From: Aquisalimonadaceae bacterium
Lineage (GTDB): Bacteria; Pseudomonadota; Gammaproteobacteria; Nitrococcales; Aquisalimonadaceae
DNA length: 64,000 nucleotides
Direction: 5' to 3'
NCBI GenBank assembly: GCA_040877625.1
Contig: JBBDNK010000001.1
Coordinates: 88,370 to 152,369, forward strand
The notes under the pieces were generated by a model that ran no database searches, was not told the origin of the DNA, and was given only the letters and a program-made list of their open reading frames with translations. Below, one piece after another: positions 41,915 to 53,595 of the stretch. The translations under genes were made by a program, and so were the position numbers. How positions within the stretch are numbered: the first letter of the stretch is position 1; each line of letters starts with the position of its first letter.

Positions 41915-42996
41915 CCTGACCGCCACCGCGGCGTGCCGTATTGGCGGAACAGCCATACCGCGCCCAACAAGGCCATCAGCAGGTGTACCGGCCAGAGCCC
42001 CATCCATAGCGGGACACGGCCATCCTCCAACCAGCCCTGGGCAATGGTCAGCACATTCGAGTAACCCGCGTACAGCAATACCGCGAGAAGCAGACGGCCA
42101 TAGCGGCCATCACGCGGTGAACCGCGACTCAACGGAACGGCGATGAGCCCGAGTGTCAGCACCATGATCGGCATGGACACACGCCAGTGAAGCTCAATGC
42201 GGTCACGAGGATCGTCGGATTTCAATAGCTCGGCAGTGGTATACCCTGCACGACGTACACGAACGGTGGACGGCTCCCCCTCGCTGATACGCACGCCGTG
42301 GGCGGCGAACCGGGTGATTCGCCAACCCTCGGCGCCCGGCTCGCCGTCGTAGCGATAACCGTTGAACATCACCAGATACTGATCACCGCTTTCCACATCG
42401 ACATCAAGCTGTGCTTCGGAAGCCCGCACCAGGGTCTGCTCGCCCTCACGGTTGACCTGCAGGAACACATCGCGCATCCGTTCGCCGTCCGGCGTGAAGC
42501 GCTCTATGTAGAACATGCCGTCACCGCGGGATGACTGCAGAAATCGGCCGGGACGAATGGCGCTGATCTCCGCCGTCTCCCGGGCCCGCTGTTCGACCTC
42601 CCGCCCTTCTCTGGCGGCCCAGGGCTGTACATCCATGGCCAGCCAGGCGACCAGCACCAGCAAGGGAAGCATCAACAGCGACAATGCCTTGTACACCTGC
42701 CCCGGCCCGATGCCGCAAGCACCCATGGCCGCCATTTCGCTGTCGCGATACAGCCGCCCAAGAGCAAGGATAATTCCCAGGAAAAAACTTCCCGGCAAGA
42801 CCAGCGCGGTGTAACTGAGAGCCTTGTAACCCATGATCTGCAAGACCATGTCGCCGGGCAGACTGCCGCTTGCGGCCTCCCCGAAGTAGCGAACCAGGCG
42901 ATTGGTGAACAATACGGTCACCAGCACGAGGGTGACCGCCAGCCAGGCAAGGCCGATTTCGCGAACCAGATAGCGGCTGATGATGGACAGCTTCAC
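41911..42996 (-). CDS. lptF: LPS export ABC transporter permease LptF
   Basis: 361 aa starting MKLSIISRYLVREI (YjgP/YjgQ family). Divergent from pepA, as in E. coli and Pseudomonas. Confidence 0.87.
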   Translation of the reverse strand: MKLSIISRYLVREIGLAWLAVTLVLVTVLFTNRLVRYFGEAASGSLPGDMVLQIMGYKALSYTALVLPGSFFLGIILALGRLYRDSEMAAMGACGIGPGQVYKALSLLMLPLLVLVAWLAMDVQPWAAREGREVEQRARETAEISAIRPGRFLQSSRGDGMFYIERFTPDGERMRDVFLQVNREGEQTLVRASEAQLDVDVESGDQYLVMFNGYRYDGEPGAEGWRITRFAAHGVRISEGEPSTVRVRRAGYTTAELLKSDDPRDRIELHWRVSMPIMVLTLGLIAVPLSRGSPRDGRYGRLLLAVLLYAGYSNVLTIAQGWLEDGRVPLWMGLWPVHLLMALLGAVWLFRQYGTPRWRSG

Positions 42997-43349
42997 TCGA
43001 ACCCCTGCTCCGAACTGACCGGAAAACGCGCACTCGAGCCGGCGCTCGGCCGCGTTCGTTCACGGCCTGTGTAACGGCCTGCCCCGGCAGGTACCCCGAC
43101 CCGCAAGGGCATCGGGACAACCCCTGTTTTGCGTTACACTGCTGCAAGCACCGCGCCGGACCAACGGGCCTCGACCGGAGGCGGGTCAAGCATAACAGCA
43201 CCTGCACCGCGTTGGGCATGACGGCCGCGGCGATTATCACATAACTTGGGAAGCCTGTCGGACCCGGACAGTTCTGGCGTGCGAACCCGTTCGGTTCGGC
43301 CCCGGCCCGGCAGCTTCCGCTTGCAGACATTCCGGAACAGGAGCAGCAG

Positions 43350-44852
43350 ATGGATTACGTGGTCAAGAGTGGCAAACCGCAGGCGCAACATTCAGGCTGC
43401 ATGGTGGCCGGGGTGTTCGAGAACCGCCGGCTGTCACCTCCCGCAAAGGAGCTGGACGAAGCATCGGGCGGATATCTCTCCGCGCTGCTACGCAATGGTG
43501 ACATGGAGGGCAGTGCCGGCAAAACACTGATGCTGCACAAGGTTCCCGACATTGCCGCGGATCGGGTGCTGCTGGTGGGGCTGGGGCCGGAGAAATCGTT
43601 CGGCGACCGGGCCTACCGCCAGGCCATCCAGACCATGTTCAACGCCCTCTCCGCCTCCGGCGCAAAGGACGCCTGGTGCACGCTGAGTCAGTTGCAGATC
43701 AAGGGGCGCGACCTCGACTGGGCGTGCCGGGACGCAACCATATTGGTGGAGAACCTGCTCTATCGCTTCCAGGCCTGCAAGAGCAAGAAGGACGACAAGG
43801 CACCGAAACTGCGCAAACTGGTTCTCGCCGTCGCCGAGCGCAGCCAGGTCGCCGGCGCCGCGCAGGCGGTTGAAGCGGGCGCCGCCGTCGGCCGCGGCAT
43901 GAACCTTGCGAAGGAACTTGGCGATCTGCCGGGTAACATCTGCACCCCCAGCTATCTTGCAGAGCAGGCACTGACCCTTGGAGACCGCTTCAACCGCCTG
44001 GATGTGGAAATCCTGGACGAGGACGGCATGGAAGAACTGGGCATGGGGTCCCTGCTCTCGGTCGGCCGAGGCAGCAAGGAGGAATCCCGCTTCATCATCA
44101 TGCAGTACCGCGGCGCGAACGCCGACGATGCTCCGCATGTCCTGGTGGGCAAGGGCATCACCTTCGACACCGGCGGCATCTCCATCAAGCCCGGCGCGGG
44201 CATGGATGAGATGAAATACGATATGTGCGGCGCAGCCAGCGTACTGGGGACCATGCAGACCGTGGCTGAACTGGCGCTGCCCATCAACGTGGTCGGCCTT
44301 GTCGCGTCGGCAGAGAATATGCCGAGCGCCAACGCCACCAAGCCGGGCGATATCGTCACCAGCATGTCGGGCCAGACCATCGAGGTACTCAACACCGATG
44401 CCGAGGGCCGACTGGTGCTCTGCGACGCGCTCACCTACGCCGAACGTTTCAAGCCTGCCAGCGTGGTCGACATTGCCACGCTCACCGGCGCCTGCATCAT
44501 TGCACTGGGTCACCACATGCATGGGCTTATGGGCAATGCCCCGGGCCTGGTCAACGCACTGCTGGCAGCGGGTCGCAATGCCGGTGACCCGGCCTGGGAA
44601 CTGCCGCTCGGCGAGGAGTACGACGAACTGCTGAAAAGCAACTTTGCCGATATGGCCAACATCGGCGGGCGTGCGGCGGGCAGCATCACGGCGGGCTGCT
44701 TTCTCGCCCGATACACCCAAAAGTACAAGTGGGCACACCTTGATATTGCCGGTACCGCCTGGAAAACCGGCGACCAGAAGGGCGCGACAGGCCGGCCGGT
44801 ACCCTTGCTGACGCATTACCTTTTCGACATGGCGGCCAAGGCCGCACGCTGA
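43350..44852 (+). CDS. pepA: Leucyl aminopeptidase (M17)
   Basis: 500 aa with VGKGITFDTGGISIKP and NTDAEGRLVLCD metal-site motifs. Confidence 0.96.
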   Translation: MDYVVKSGKPQAQHSGCMVAGVFENRRLSPPAKELDEASGGYLSALLRNGDMEGSAGKTLMLHKVPDIAADRVLLVGLGPEKSFGDRAYRQAIQTMFNALSASGAKDAWCTLSQLQIKGRDLDWACRDATILVENLLYRFQACKSKKDDKAPKLRKLVLAVAERSQVAGAAQAVEAGAAVGRGMNLAKELGDLPGNICTPSYLAEQALTLGDRFNRLDVEILDEDGMEELGMGSLLSVGRGSKEESRFIIMQYRGANADDAPHVLVGKGITFDTGGISIKPGAGMDEMKYDMCGAASVLGTMQTVAELALPINVVGLVASAENMPSANATKPGDIVTSMSGQTIEVLNTDAEGRLVLCDALTYAERFKPASVVDIATLTGACIIALGHHMHGLMGNAPGLVNALLAAGRNAGDPAWELPLGEEYDELLKSNFADMANIGGRAAGSITAGCFLARYTQKYKWAHLDIAGTAWKTGDQKGATGRPVPLLTHYLFDMAAKAAR

Positions 44853-45292
44853 TGGAGCGGGTGGATTTCTACATCGTCGAGAGCGAGGCGCCTGCCGACT
44901 GTGATGCCGTGGTCTGCCGCTTGGCGGAGAAGGCCTGGGACAGCGGTTTGCGGCTCCATATACGAACTACCGACGCCGCGCAGGCCGCGCGCATGGACAA
45001 GATGCTGTGGATCTACCGCCAGGACAGTTTCCTGCCGCACGGGCTGCTCGACGACAACAGCGACGACCCCATCGTCCTGGGCGCGGCCGACCAATACGCG
45101 CCCACCGGTTACGATATGCTGATCAACCTGGCGCCGGACGTTAGTGCTCGCCTGGATGCCTATCAACGCGTCGCCGAAGTCGCCTGCCGTGAGCCGGTGC
45201 AGCTAAAGGCTGCCAGGAGCCGGTTCAAATGGTATCGCGATCAGGGTCTGGAGCCGAGCAACCACGTTATCTCCGCATCACGGGGTCGATAA
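44852..45292 (+). CDS. holC: DNA polymerase III subunit chi
   Basis: 146 aa with the MERVDFYIV...CRLAEKA...LWIYRQDSFLPH pattern. TGATG overlap with pepA. Confidence 0.85.
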   Translation: MERVDFYIVESEAPADCDAVVCRLAEKAWDSGLRLHIRTTDAAQAARMDKMLWIYRQDSFLPHGLLDDNSDDPIVLGAADQYAPTGYDMLINLAPDVSARLDAYQRVAEVACREPVQLKAARSRFKWYRDQGLEPSNHVISASRGR

Positions 45293-45294
45293 AC

Positions 45295-45579
45295 ATGAAG
45301 AAAAGCCGTGTGAAAACCGCCATTCCCACGCTCACCTACGTTGCATGCCCCGGTGAACTGCTGCGCGAGCGCGGTCTCTGGCTACCGCTGCGGCCGCTGA
45401 CCGGATCAGGTCCCGACGACAGCGCGTGGCGGACGAGACTTCCTCAGAACTTGCAGGACAAGGCGGACAGGCTCATCGAGGAAACGCGCCGACGCGCCGA
45501 GGCAGCGGTTGACGCGGCTCTGGGCACGGCGGATGACCCGGCCCGGCCACGGCTTCCGGTCGCCGTCCGGCGGGGTTGA
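45295..45579 (+). CDS. Hypothetical protein (94 aa) between holC and valS
   Basis: The ATG lies 2 nt after the holC stop. No family recognised. Arg-rich, with no TM segment. The coding call rests on position and co-orientation only. Confidence 0.4.
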   Translation: MKKSRVKTAIPTLTYVACPGELLRERGLWLPLRPLTGSGPDDSAWRTRLPQNLQDKADRLIEETRRRAEAAVDAALGTADDPARPRLPVAVRRG

Positions 45580-45637
45580 GTTATAATCGCCGCCCTTCAC
45601 CACATTCATTCCAGATCAATCAACAAACAGGCAGTCC

Positions 45638-48409
45638 ATGGAGAAGACCTACGACCCGCACCGGATAGAGAAGCGCTGGTATCAAACCTGGGAATCTCGC
45701 GACCATTTCGCGCCCAGAGGTGAGGGCAAGCCTTATTGCATCGTGATACCACCGCCCAATGTCACCGGCACGCTGCACATGGGGCATGCGTTCCAGGACA
45801 CCATCATGGACCTCCTCACCCGCTATCACCGAATGCGTGGCGATAATACGCTGTGGCAACCCGGCACCGATCACGCGGGCATTGCCACCCAGATGGTGGT
45901 CGAACGGCAACTCAATGCCGAGGGCAAGACCCGGCATGACCTCGGCCGGGAGGCGTTCATCGACCGGGTCTGGACGTGGAAGGCGGAATCCGGCGGCACC
46001 ATTCAGAATCAGCTCCGCCGCATGGGCGCGTCCCTGGACTGGTCACGGGAACGTTTCACCATGGATGAAGACCTGTCCCGTGCGGTCAGGGAAACCTTCG
46101 TTCGTCTCCACGAAGAGGGCCTGATCTACCGCGGCAAGCGCCTGGTCAACTGGGACCCTGCCCTGCATACGGCCGTCTCCGACCTCGAAGTGGTATCCGA
46201 GGAGGAAAACGGCAACTTCTGGCACATGCGCTATCCGCTGGCCGACGGCAGCGGGCATGTCGTGGTGGCCACCACCCGGCCGGAAACCATGCTGGGCGAC
46301 ACCGCCGTTGCCGTGCACCCGGAAGACGACCGTTATCGCCACCTGATCGGGCGCAGCCTGAAGCTGCCGCTCACCGACCGTGAGATCCCGGTCATCGCCG
46401 ATGACTACGTGGACCCTGAATTCGGCTCGGGCTGCGTGAAGATCACCCCGGCGCATGATTTCAACGACTACGCCATGGGCCAGCGTCACGATTTGCCCAT
46501 GATCAATATCCTCACCGCGGACGCGCGCATCAACGACAACGGCCCCGCCGCCTACCAGGGCCTGGAGCGCTTTGAGGCGCGCAAGCGTATCGTCAACGAC
46601 CTCGACGCGCTCGGATTGCTGGAAAAAGTCGAGGACCACAAACTGATGGTGCCCCGAGGCGACCGCAGCGGCGCGGTCATCGAGCCCTATCTCACCGATC
46701 AATGGTTCGTACGTGCCGCGCCACTGGCGAAGCCGGCCATCGAGGCGGTGGAGGACGGCCGCATTCGCTTCGTGCCGGAGAACTGGAAGAATACCTATTT
46801 CGACTGGATGCGCCGCATCGAGGACTGGTGCATTTCCCGGCAGATCTGGTGGGGACATCGCATCCCGGCCTGGTATGACGAGGAAGGCAATATCTTCGTG
46901 GCCCGCAGCGCAGCGGACGCGCAGGCCAAGGCCCGTGAGAAGCATGGTCGCGACGTGACGCTGACCCAGGACAGTGACGTACTCGATACCTGGTTCTCCT
47001 CCGCGCTCTGGCCATTTTCCACGCTTGGTTGGCCGGAGCAGACAGAGGAGCTGAAGACCTTCTATCCCACCAGCGTGCTGGTCACCGGCTTCGACATCAT
47101 CTTCTTCTGGGTGGCGCGCATGGTGATGATGGGGATCAAGTTCATGGACGGCCAGGTGCCGTTCCACGAGATCTACATCCACGGCCTGGTACGCGACGGC
47201 GATGGCCAGAAGATGTCGAAATCCAAGGGCAACGTGCTTGACCCTATCGATATCATCGACGGTATCGACCTTGACGCCCTGCTGGAGAAGCGCACCTCCG
47301 GGCTGATGCAGCCACAAATGCGCAAGCGCATCGAGAAGGCCACGCGCCGGCAATTCCCGGAGGGTATTTCACCCCACGGCACGGACTCGCTGCGTTTCAC
47401 CTTCGCCTCGCTCGCGACCACCGGCCGTGACGTCGTGCTGGACATGGGCCGGGTGGACGGTTACCGGAACTTCTGCAACAAGCTTTGGAATGCGGCACGC
47501 TACGTGCTCATGAACACCGAAGGCCAGGACTGCGGCACTGGCGATGAGCCGGTGAGCCTCAGCGTTGCCGACCGCTGGATCATCTCGCGGCTGCAGCAGA
47601 CCGAGGAAACCATCAATCGTCAGATCCAGGCCTACCGCTTCGATCTCGCCGCGCAGGCACTATACGACTTCATCTGGAACGCGTATTGCGACTGGTATCT
47701 GGAGCTGTCCAAACCCGTGCTGCTGAATGCGACTGATGCCGCCGAACTGCGCGGCACGCGGCGCACGCTTGTGCGGGTGCTGGAAACGATTCTGCGACTG
47801 GCGCATCCGTTCATGCCGTTCATTACCGAGGAGATCTGGCAGCGGGTGGCTCCCCTCGCCGGCCGCACGGGCGACACCATCATGTTGCAGCCCTACCCGA
47901 TGCCCGACGAGAGCCGTCGGGATGCGGAGGCGGAAGGCGATGTCGAATGGATCAGGGCGTTCATCCTGGGTATTCGCCGTATCCGAGGGGAGATGGATAT
48001 TTCCCCCGGCAAACCGCTGCCGGTGCTGTTGCAGAACGGTGGCGAATCCGACCACCATCGACTGGATCGATACCGGCTGTTTCTGGAAAGGCTGGCCCGT
48101 CTGGAATCCATTCAGTGGCTGGCGCGCGAGGAGGATGCACCGGAATCCGCGATTGCTCTCGTGGGGGAGATGCAGGTACTGGTACCGATGGCCGGCCTGA
48201 TCGACAAGGATGCGGAGCTCAAGCGCCTTGCGCGCGATCGCGATCGTGCCCGGGCTGATCTGGAGCGGGCGCGGAAGAAGCTGGAGAATCCAAGTTTCGT
48301 GGAGAAGGCGCCGGCGGCGGTCGTGGAACAGGAGAAACAGCGCGTTTCGGATTTCCGGGTTGCGCTGGAGCGGCTCGAAACACAGTACGAGAAGATCGAA
48401 CGACTGTAG
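45638..48409 (+). CDS. valS: Valine--tRNA ligase
   Basis: 923 aa with HIGH region [17 protein letters not shown] motif KMSKSKGN, an editing domain and a C-terminal coiled coil. Confidence 0.97.
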   Translation: MEKTYDPHRIEKRWYQTWESRDHFAPRGEGKPYCIVIPPPNVTGTLHMGHAFQDTIMDLLTRYHRMRGDNTLWQPGTDHAGIATQMVVERQLNAEGKTRHDLGREAFIDRVWTWKAESGGTIQNQLRRMGASLDWSRERFTMDEDLSRAVRETFVRLHEEGLIYRGKRLVNWDPALHTAVSDLEVVSEEENGNFWHMRYPLADGSGHVVVATTRPETMLGDTAVAVHPEDDRYRHLIGRSLKLPLTDREIPVIADDYVDPEFGSGCVKITPAHDFNDYAMGQRHDLPMINILTADARINDNGPAAYQGLERFEARKRIVNDLDALGLLEKVEDHKLMVPRGDRSGAVIEPYLTDQWFVRAAPLAKPAIEAVEDGRIRFVPENWKNTYFDWMRRIEDWCISRQIWWGHRIPAWYDEEGNIFVARSAADAQAKAREKHGRDVTLTQDSDVLDTWFSSALWPFSTLGWPEQTEELKTFYPTSVLVTGFDIIFFWVARMVMMGIKFMDGQVPFHEIYIHGLVRDGDGQKMSKSKGNVLDPIDIIDGIDLDALLEKRTSGLMQPQMRKRIEKATRRQFPEGISPHGTDSLRFTFASLATTGRDVVLDMGRVDGYRNFCNKLWNAARYVLMNTEGQDCGTGDEPVSLSVADRWIISRLQQTEETINRQIQAYRFDLAAQALYDFIWNAYCDWYLELSKPVLLNATDAAELRGTRRTLVRVLETILRLAHPFMPFITEEIWQRVAPLAGRTGDTIMLQPYPMPDESRRDAEAEGDVEWIRAFILGIRRIRGEMDISPGKPLPVLLQNGGESDHHRLDRYRLFLERLARLESIQWLAREEDAPESAIALVGEMQVLVPMAGLIDKDAELKRLARDRDRARADLERARKKLENPSFVEKAPAAVVEQEKQRVSDFRVALERLETQYEKIERL

Positions 48410-48531
48410 CGTCTGAATATCGGGGCGGGAGGTAGTGGCTTACACAGAGCGTGGGTTCGGACCCGGAACCGGACGGTGCTGCGCTTCTTCGCCCCACGTC
48501 ATGAAACACGACGGCGCCATGGCCGCCCATC

Positions 48532-48792
48532 TTAAACGCCGGCCGATCGCAACACGACGTTGACGATCACCACCAGCGTAATGATGAACAGGACCGTAAA
48601 AACCACGCCCGCAATGATGAACGGCAAAGGCCGCCCATGCGTGAAATCGCGCTTTCTGGCCTTCTCCGTCTGCACACCGAAAGCCGCAGCCAGCGTGCTC
48701 TGAATTATCTGCAGTATGCCCGGGGGACGGACATCCTCGTGCGGTTCTTCGTGATCGGCTTTGTGGCCGTGCTGATGCTTGTCGGAAACCAT
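48532..48792 (-). CDS. Small membrane protein, DUF2970-like, with His-rich N-terminus
   Basis: 86 aa starting MVSDKHQHGHKADHEEPHED, with a C-terminal TM helix PFIIAGVVFTVLFIITLVVIV. The ATG at 48792 is preferred, because the longer ORF-track N-terminus overlaps rimI. Confidence 0.55.
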   Translation of the reverse strand: MVSDKHQHGHKADHEEPHEDVRPPGILQIIQSTLAAAFGVQTEKARKRDFTHGRPLPFIIAGVVFTVLFIITLVVIVNVVLRSAGV

Positions 48793-48842
48793 CGTGTCCT
48801 GTTCACCATTTGCTGAAATCAAGTGTGCTCGGCGCGGTTCGG

Positions 48843-49325
48843 TTACCGTTCGGGCAACATCAGGATGCGCGCCAGTATCATCGCGTCCTCGCGGCGCCCA
48901 CCGGGCTGCGGATAATAGCCAGGGCGGATTCCCACCTCGCCGAAGCCGAGCCGCTCGTAGAGCCTGACTGCCGCCCGGTTGGACGGCCTCACTTCCAGGA
49001 ATACCGTTTCCGCGCCAAGACGCGCCGCAGTATACAGGCCGTGTTCCAGAAGTTCCCGGCCAAGACCCTGCCGATGCAACGCCGGATCCACGCACAGATT
49101 CAGCACATGCGCCTCACCCGCGGCCACGGATTGTATTAGATAACCGGCGAGACGGCCTTCGTACTCCCGCACCCAGCAGCCGTAGCCGACCCGAAGACAA
49201 TCCCGGAATACGCCGTTGGTCCAGGGGAAGGGATAGGCATCACGTTCGATCCGCAGCACCTCCCGCAAGTCCTCCTCCCGCATCCGGCGAACATCCCCGG
49301 TACCCGGGCGCAGCACCGCACTCAT
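48843..49325 (-). CDS. rimI: Ribosomal-protein-alanine N-acetyltransferase (GNAT)
   Basis: 160 aa with GNAT motif A (HRQGLGRELLEH) and a RimI-like length. Confidence 0.8.
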   Translation of the reverse strand: MSAVLRPGTGDVRRMREEDLREVLRIERDAYPFPWTNGVFRDCLRVGYGCWVREYEGRLAGYLIQSVAAGEAHVLNLCVDPALHRQGLGRELLEHGLYTAARLGAETVFLEVRPSNRAAVRLYERLGFGEVGIRPGYYPQPGGRREDAMILARILMLPER

Positions 49326-50131
49326 GCAGGCTGCTCCAGCATTGAACGCACCGTCCGCAGGTCCTTCCAGGCCTTTGCCTTGTCGGCAGGGCTACGGAGC
49401 AGATAGGCCGGATGGTAGGTGACCACCATCGGGATCCGGGATTCGCTGAATTCATGCGGTGCCGCGCGCAGATCGCGCAACGGCCGACCGGTGGCGAGCA
49501 AATTCTGGGCCGCAACACGGCCCAGCGCCAGTATTACCCGCGGCTGGATCAATGCAATCTGACGCCGCAGATAGGGCATGCAGGCCTCCACCTCATCCGC
49601 CTTCGGATCGCGATTCCCCGGTGGGCGGGATTTCAGAATGTTGGTGATAAACACGGTTTCGCGGCTGTAGCCCAAGGCGCGCAACATGTTATCCAGCAAT
49701 TTTCCCGCCCGCCCGACGAACGGCTCGCCGCGGCGGTCCTCTTCGGCACCGGGAGCTTCTCCAATCACCACCAGATCAGCATTCGGGTCGCCGACACCGA
49801 ATACCGCACGGGTACGGGTCTGTTCCAGACCGCAAAGGCGGCAGGTCTCCACGCGAGCCTTCAAGGCGTCCCACCCGAGGCCGGAAATATCATCGCCGGG
49901 GGCGCCCGCGGAACGCTCCTCCGGCACCATGGAGGCAAACCGGGCGGGTTCCTCCGTCGTCGTCCGAGCAGATGACACGGCAGCGACCGGCACCCGACGC
50001 TCCCAGACTTCGACGCCCATGCCGGCAAGGTAACGCAATTGCTTTTGTCGATGCACCGGGACGTCGCTCATGGAGGGTAGAGGTCCCCTTGCGCGTGCGG
50101 CTTCCAGGAAGCGGACGCCATTGGGCGGCAC
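49322..50131 (-). CDS. Family-4 uracil-DNA glycosylase with ~90-aa N-terminal extension
   Basis: CRLC...[41 protein letters not shown] is the UDG family 4 signature. Overlaps the rimI start by 4 nt. Confidence 0.82.
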   Translation of the reverse strand: MPPNGVRFLEAARARGPLPSMSDVPVHRQKQLRYLAGMGVEVWERRVPVAAVSSARTTTEEPARFASMVPEERSAGAPGDDISGLGWDALKARVETCRLCGLEQTRTRAVFGVGDPNADLVVIGEAPGAEEDRRGEPFVGRAGKLLDNMLRALGYSRETVFITNILKSRPPGNRDPKADEVEACMPYLRRQIALIQPRVILALGRVAAQNLLATGRPLRDLRAAPHEFSESRIPMVVTYHPAYLLRSPADKAKAWKDLRTVRSMLEQPA

Positions 50132-50255
50132 TCAAGCATTTTGCCTGCGGGGGCCGGAAGGTTTTTGCTTGTCATGAGCACACCATGCGCACGGGTACAT
50201 GCCCGCAACTATAGCCAGCGCCGGGAAGCACGACAACCAAACAGATCACAGCCGG

Positions 50256-51053
50256 TCATTCGCCTGAGTCACCGCCGCCGCCCCGGCGCATCTGCGTTTC
50301 GGCACGATGGCGCCGTCGGGCCATGATGGTGAGCGTCGGGCCCGACACCGCATAGACCAGGAACGTGGAAAACAGCACCACCGGTGGATGCAGCGATAGA
50401 AAAGCCACGCCCAGCACCAGTGCGACAATCACGATGAATGGCACGCGGAAACGGAAATCGATTTCCTTGAAACTGTAATAGCGAAAGTTGCTGACCATCA
50501 GCAGACCCGCGGCGACCGTCACCAGCAGCGCAAAAAGGCCGACCGTGGCGCCATCAAGGCCGAGCCGCTCCCCCAACCAGACCAGACTGGCCAGCCCAGC
50601 CGCCGCCGCCGGGCTGGGCAAACCCTGGAAGTAACGCTTGTCCGCCACGCCGGACTGGGTATTGAACCGGGCAAGTCGCAAGGCCGCACAGGCGGCAAAG
50701 GTGAACGCGCCCAGCCAGCCCAGCTTTCCCCAGCCCGTACCGAGAGAGGCCATGTCGCCCAGCACCCATTGGTACATCACCAGAGCCGGCGCCAGACCGA
50801 AGCAGACCATGTCGGACAGGCTGTCGTACTGCACCCCGAAATCACTCTGGGTATTGGTGAGACGGGCAACGCGACCATCAAGACCGTCCATGACCATGGC
50901 GATGAATATGGCGATGGCCGCTAGCTGAAAATTCCCATCGATACCGGAGACCATGGCGTAGAAGCCGAAAAACAGGCCAATAGTCGTCAGCAGGTTCGGC
51001 AGCAGATAAATACCGCGACGCGGCTTGCGGGAAGACTCGGGTTCATTCGGCAT
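50256..51053 (-). CDS. pssA: CDP-diacylglycerol--serine O-phosphatidyltransferase
   Basis: 265 aa with CDP-alcohol phosphatidyltransferase motif DGLDGRVAR...SDFGVQYDSLSD and multiple TM helices. Confidence 0.9.
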   Translation of the reverse strand: MPNEPESSRKPRRGIYLLPNLLTTIGLFFGFYAMVSGIDGNFQLAAIAIFIAMVMDGLDGRVARLTNTQSDFGVQYDSLSDMVCFGLAPALVMYQWVLGDMASLGTGWGKLGWLGAFTFAACAALRLARFNTQSGVADKRYFQGLPSPAAAAGLASLVWLGERLGLDGATVGLFALLVTVAAGLLMVSNFRYYSFKEIDFRFRVPFIVIVALVLGVAFLSLHPPVVLFSTFLVYAVSGPTLTIMARRRHRAETQMRRGGGGDSGE

Positions 51054-51176
51054 GAGATTCTGGAAACTCCTGATGCAGGTATTGCTCGTCTACTTCAAGG
51101 ATCCACCGATCTGCGTCGACTCAGGCGAAGAGGCAACCTAACATAATCCGGCAGGGCATTGTCCGCATTCAAACGC

Positions 51177-51211
51177 AAACCGCCGGCCCGCAACAAGCGG
51201 GCCGGCGGTTT
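51177..51211 (-). terminator. Terminator hairpin after ilvC
   Basis: A perfect 15-bp stem, AAACCGCCGGCCCGC with GCGGGCCGGCGGTTT, and loop AACAA. On the minus strand it is followed by GCGTTTG. It lies 25 nt downstream of the ilvC stop. Confidence 0.7.
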
Positions 51212-51235
51212 ATCGCGGGCAATTCCGGACCGCGC

Positions 51236-52324
<1,089 letters not shown>

Positions 52325-52338
52325 TCAATGAAATGAAA

Positions 52339-52833
52339 CTAGACCCGCATATGCTTCTCGCCGCGGGAAATGCCGATCACGCCCGAACGCACGACTTCAA
52401 GAATGGACATCGGCCCCAACGCCTCCAGAAAGGCATCCAGCTTGCTGCTTACCCCGGTCAGTTCAATGGTGTAGATACGGTCGGTTACATCAAGGATATG
52501 GCCGCGGAAAATGTCGCTCAGGCGCTTGACTTCCTCGCGCAGATCACCGGTCGCGGCAGAGACCTTGACCAGCATCATTTCGCGCTCGATATGCGCGCCC
52601 TCGGTCATGTCCATCACCTTGACCACATCAAGCAGCTTATTGAGCTGCTTGATGATTTGCTCGATGATGCGATCGTTGCCGATGGTCACCAGCGTAATCC
52701 GCGACAACGTGGCATCGTCGGTGGGCGCCACGGTGAGGGATTCGATATTATAGCCGCGCGCGGAGAACAGGCCCGCCACGCGGGACAGTGCGCCGAACTC
52801 GTTCTCGACGAGAATGGATATGATGTGCCGCAT
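52339..52833 (-). CDS. ilvH: Acetolactate synthase small (regulatory) subunit
   Basis: 164 aa starting MRHIISILVENEFGALSRVAGLFSARGYNIESLTV (ACT domain). The ATG at 52833 is preferred. Confidence 0.93.
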   Translation of the reverse strand: MRHIISILVENEFGALSRVAGLFSARGYNIESLTVAPTDDATLSRITLVTIGNDRIIEQIIKQLNKLLDVVKVMDMTEGAHIEREMMLVKVSAATGDLREEVKRLSDIFRGHILDVTDRIYTIELTGVSSKLDAFLEALGPMSILEVVRSGVIGISRGEKHMRV

Positions 52834-53073
52834 AACCCTGACAATCGTCCAGTGCCTCGGCCACGAGGCCCGCAGGATGAGTGAACCGTCCACGTACCGG
52901 TTTATCCGACATGCCCTTCTGAGAGGCTGTTGGCAGCAAATCGGCAGCGGAAATCGTACGATACGGAGCGGTGAAAGGGAGCAAAACTACTCAGGTTTAC
53001 AGATGAGGTCAAGAGCGCGGCGTCCACCATCGAGTTGCACATCCGCGGTTTTCTGGCCGAACAAGGGGGAGTA

Positions 53074-53505
53074 ATGAAAAAAATTCTGCTAGGGACCGGG
53101 CTCGCGGCCGTCATGCTCTGCATGTCCGGGATGGCAGCGGCCGCCACGGTTTACAAGTGGACGGGCGCGGACGGCACCGTCACGTACGGCCAGTTGCCAC
53201 CCGCCGGCGTTGATGCGGCACCCGTTGACGGCCCGCCACCAGCCCCCTCCACACCAGCGGGCGGCGACGCCGTGCCGGAAGCGGCCGACAATGGGGCTAC
53301 CCCATCCGAACGGATCGAAGTGGATGTGGATGATGAGGAAAGCATGGCTGCCGCCTGTGAGGCGGCCCGGGATAACATTGCGGTACTTGAAAACCCTGCC
53401 GTGACCCGGCTGCTGGACGACGGCGGCGAGTCACGTGCACTGGAACCCGAGGAGCGGGACGAGCGCCTGCGCGAGAACCGCGGGTTCGTTGAGGAGTGGT
53501 GCTGA
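53074..53505 (+). CDS. DUF4124 domain-containing secreted protein
   Basis: Signal peptide MKKILLGTGLAAVMLCMSGMAAA followed by TVYKWTGADGTVTYGQLPP (DUF4124 signature). Confidence 0.65.
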   Translation: MKKILLGTGLAAVMLCMSGMAAAATVYKWTGADGTVTYGQLPPAGVDAAPVDGPPPAPSTPAGGDAVPEAADNGATPSERIEVDVDDEESMAAACEAARDNIAVLENPAVTRLLDDGGESRALEPEERDERLRENRGFVEEWC

Positions 53506-53595
53506 ACGAACGGCCGCGTAGTGTACTCTTGTACGGCCCTGCCGCCGATGGCGGCGGCATCAACCGTCTGACGACTCCGGAGCAGAGATTCCTCG

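Noticed and set aside
48793-49095. N-terminal 101 codons of the 187-aa ORF containing the DUF2970-like protein.
   Set aside because: This part overlaps the rimI 3' end in another frame and is Arg/Gly/Pro-rich. The internal ATG at 48792 yields a typical small single-TM protein.
52902-53147. An 81-aa minus-strand ORF upstream of ilvH as a possible remnant of the AHAS large subunit.
   Set aside because: The translation shows no ThDP-enzyme or AHAS-like motifs, and it overlaps the start of the DUF4124 gene on the other strand.
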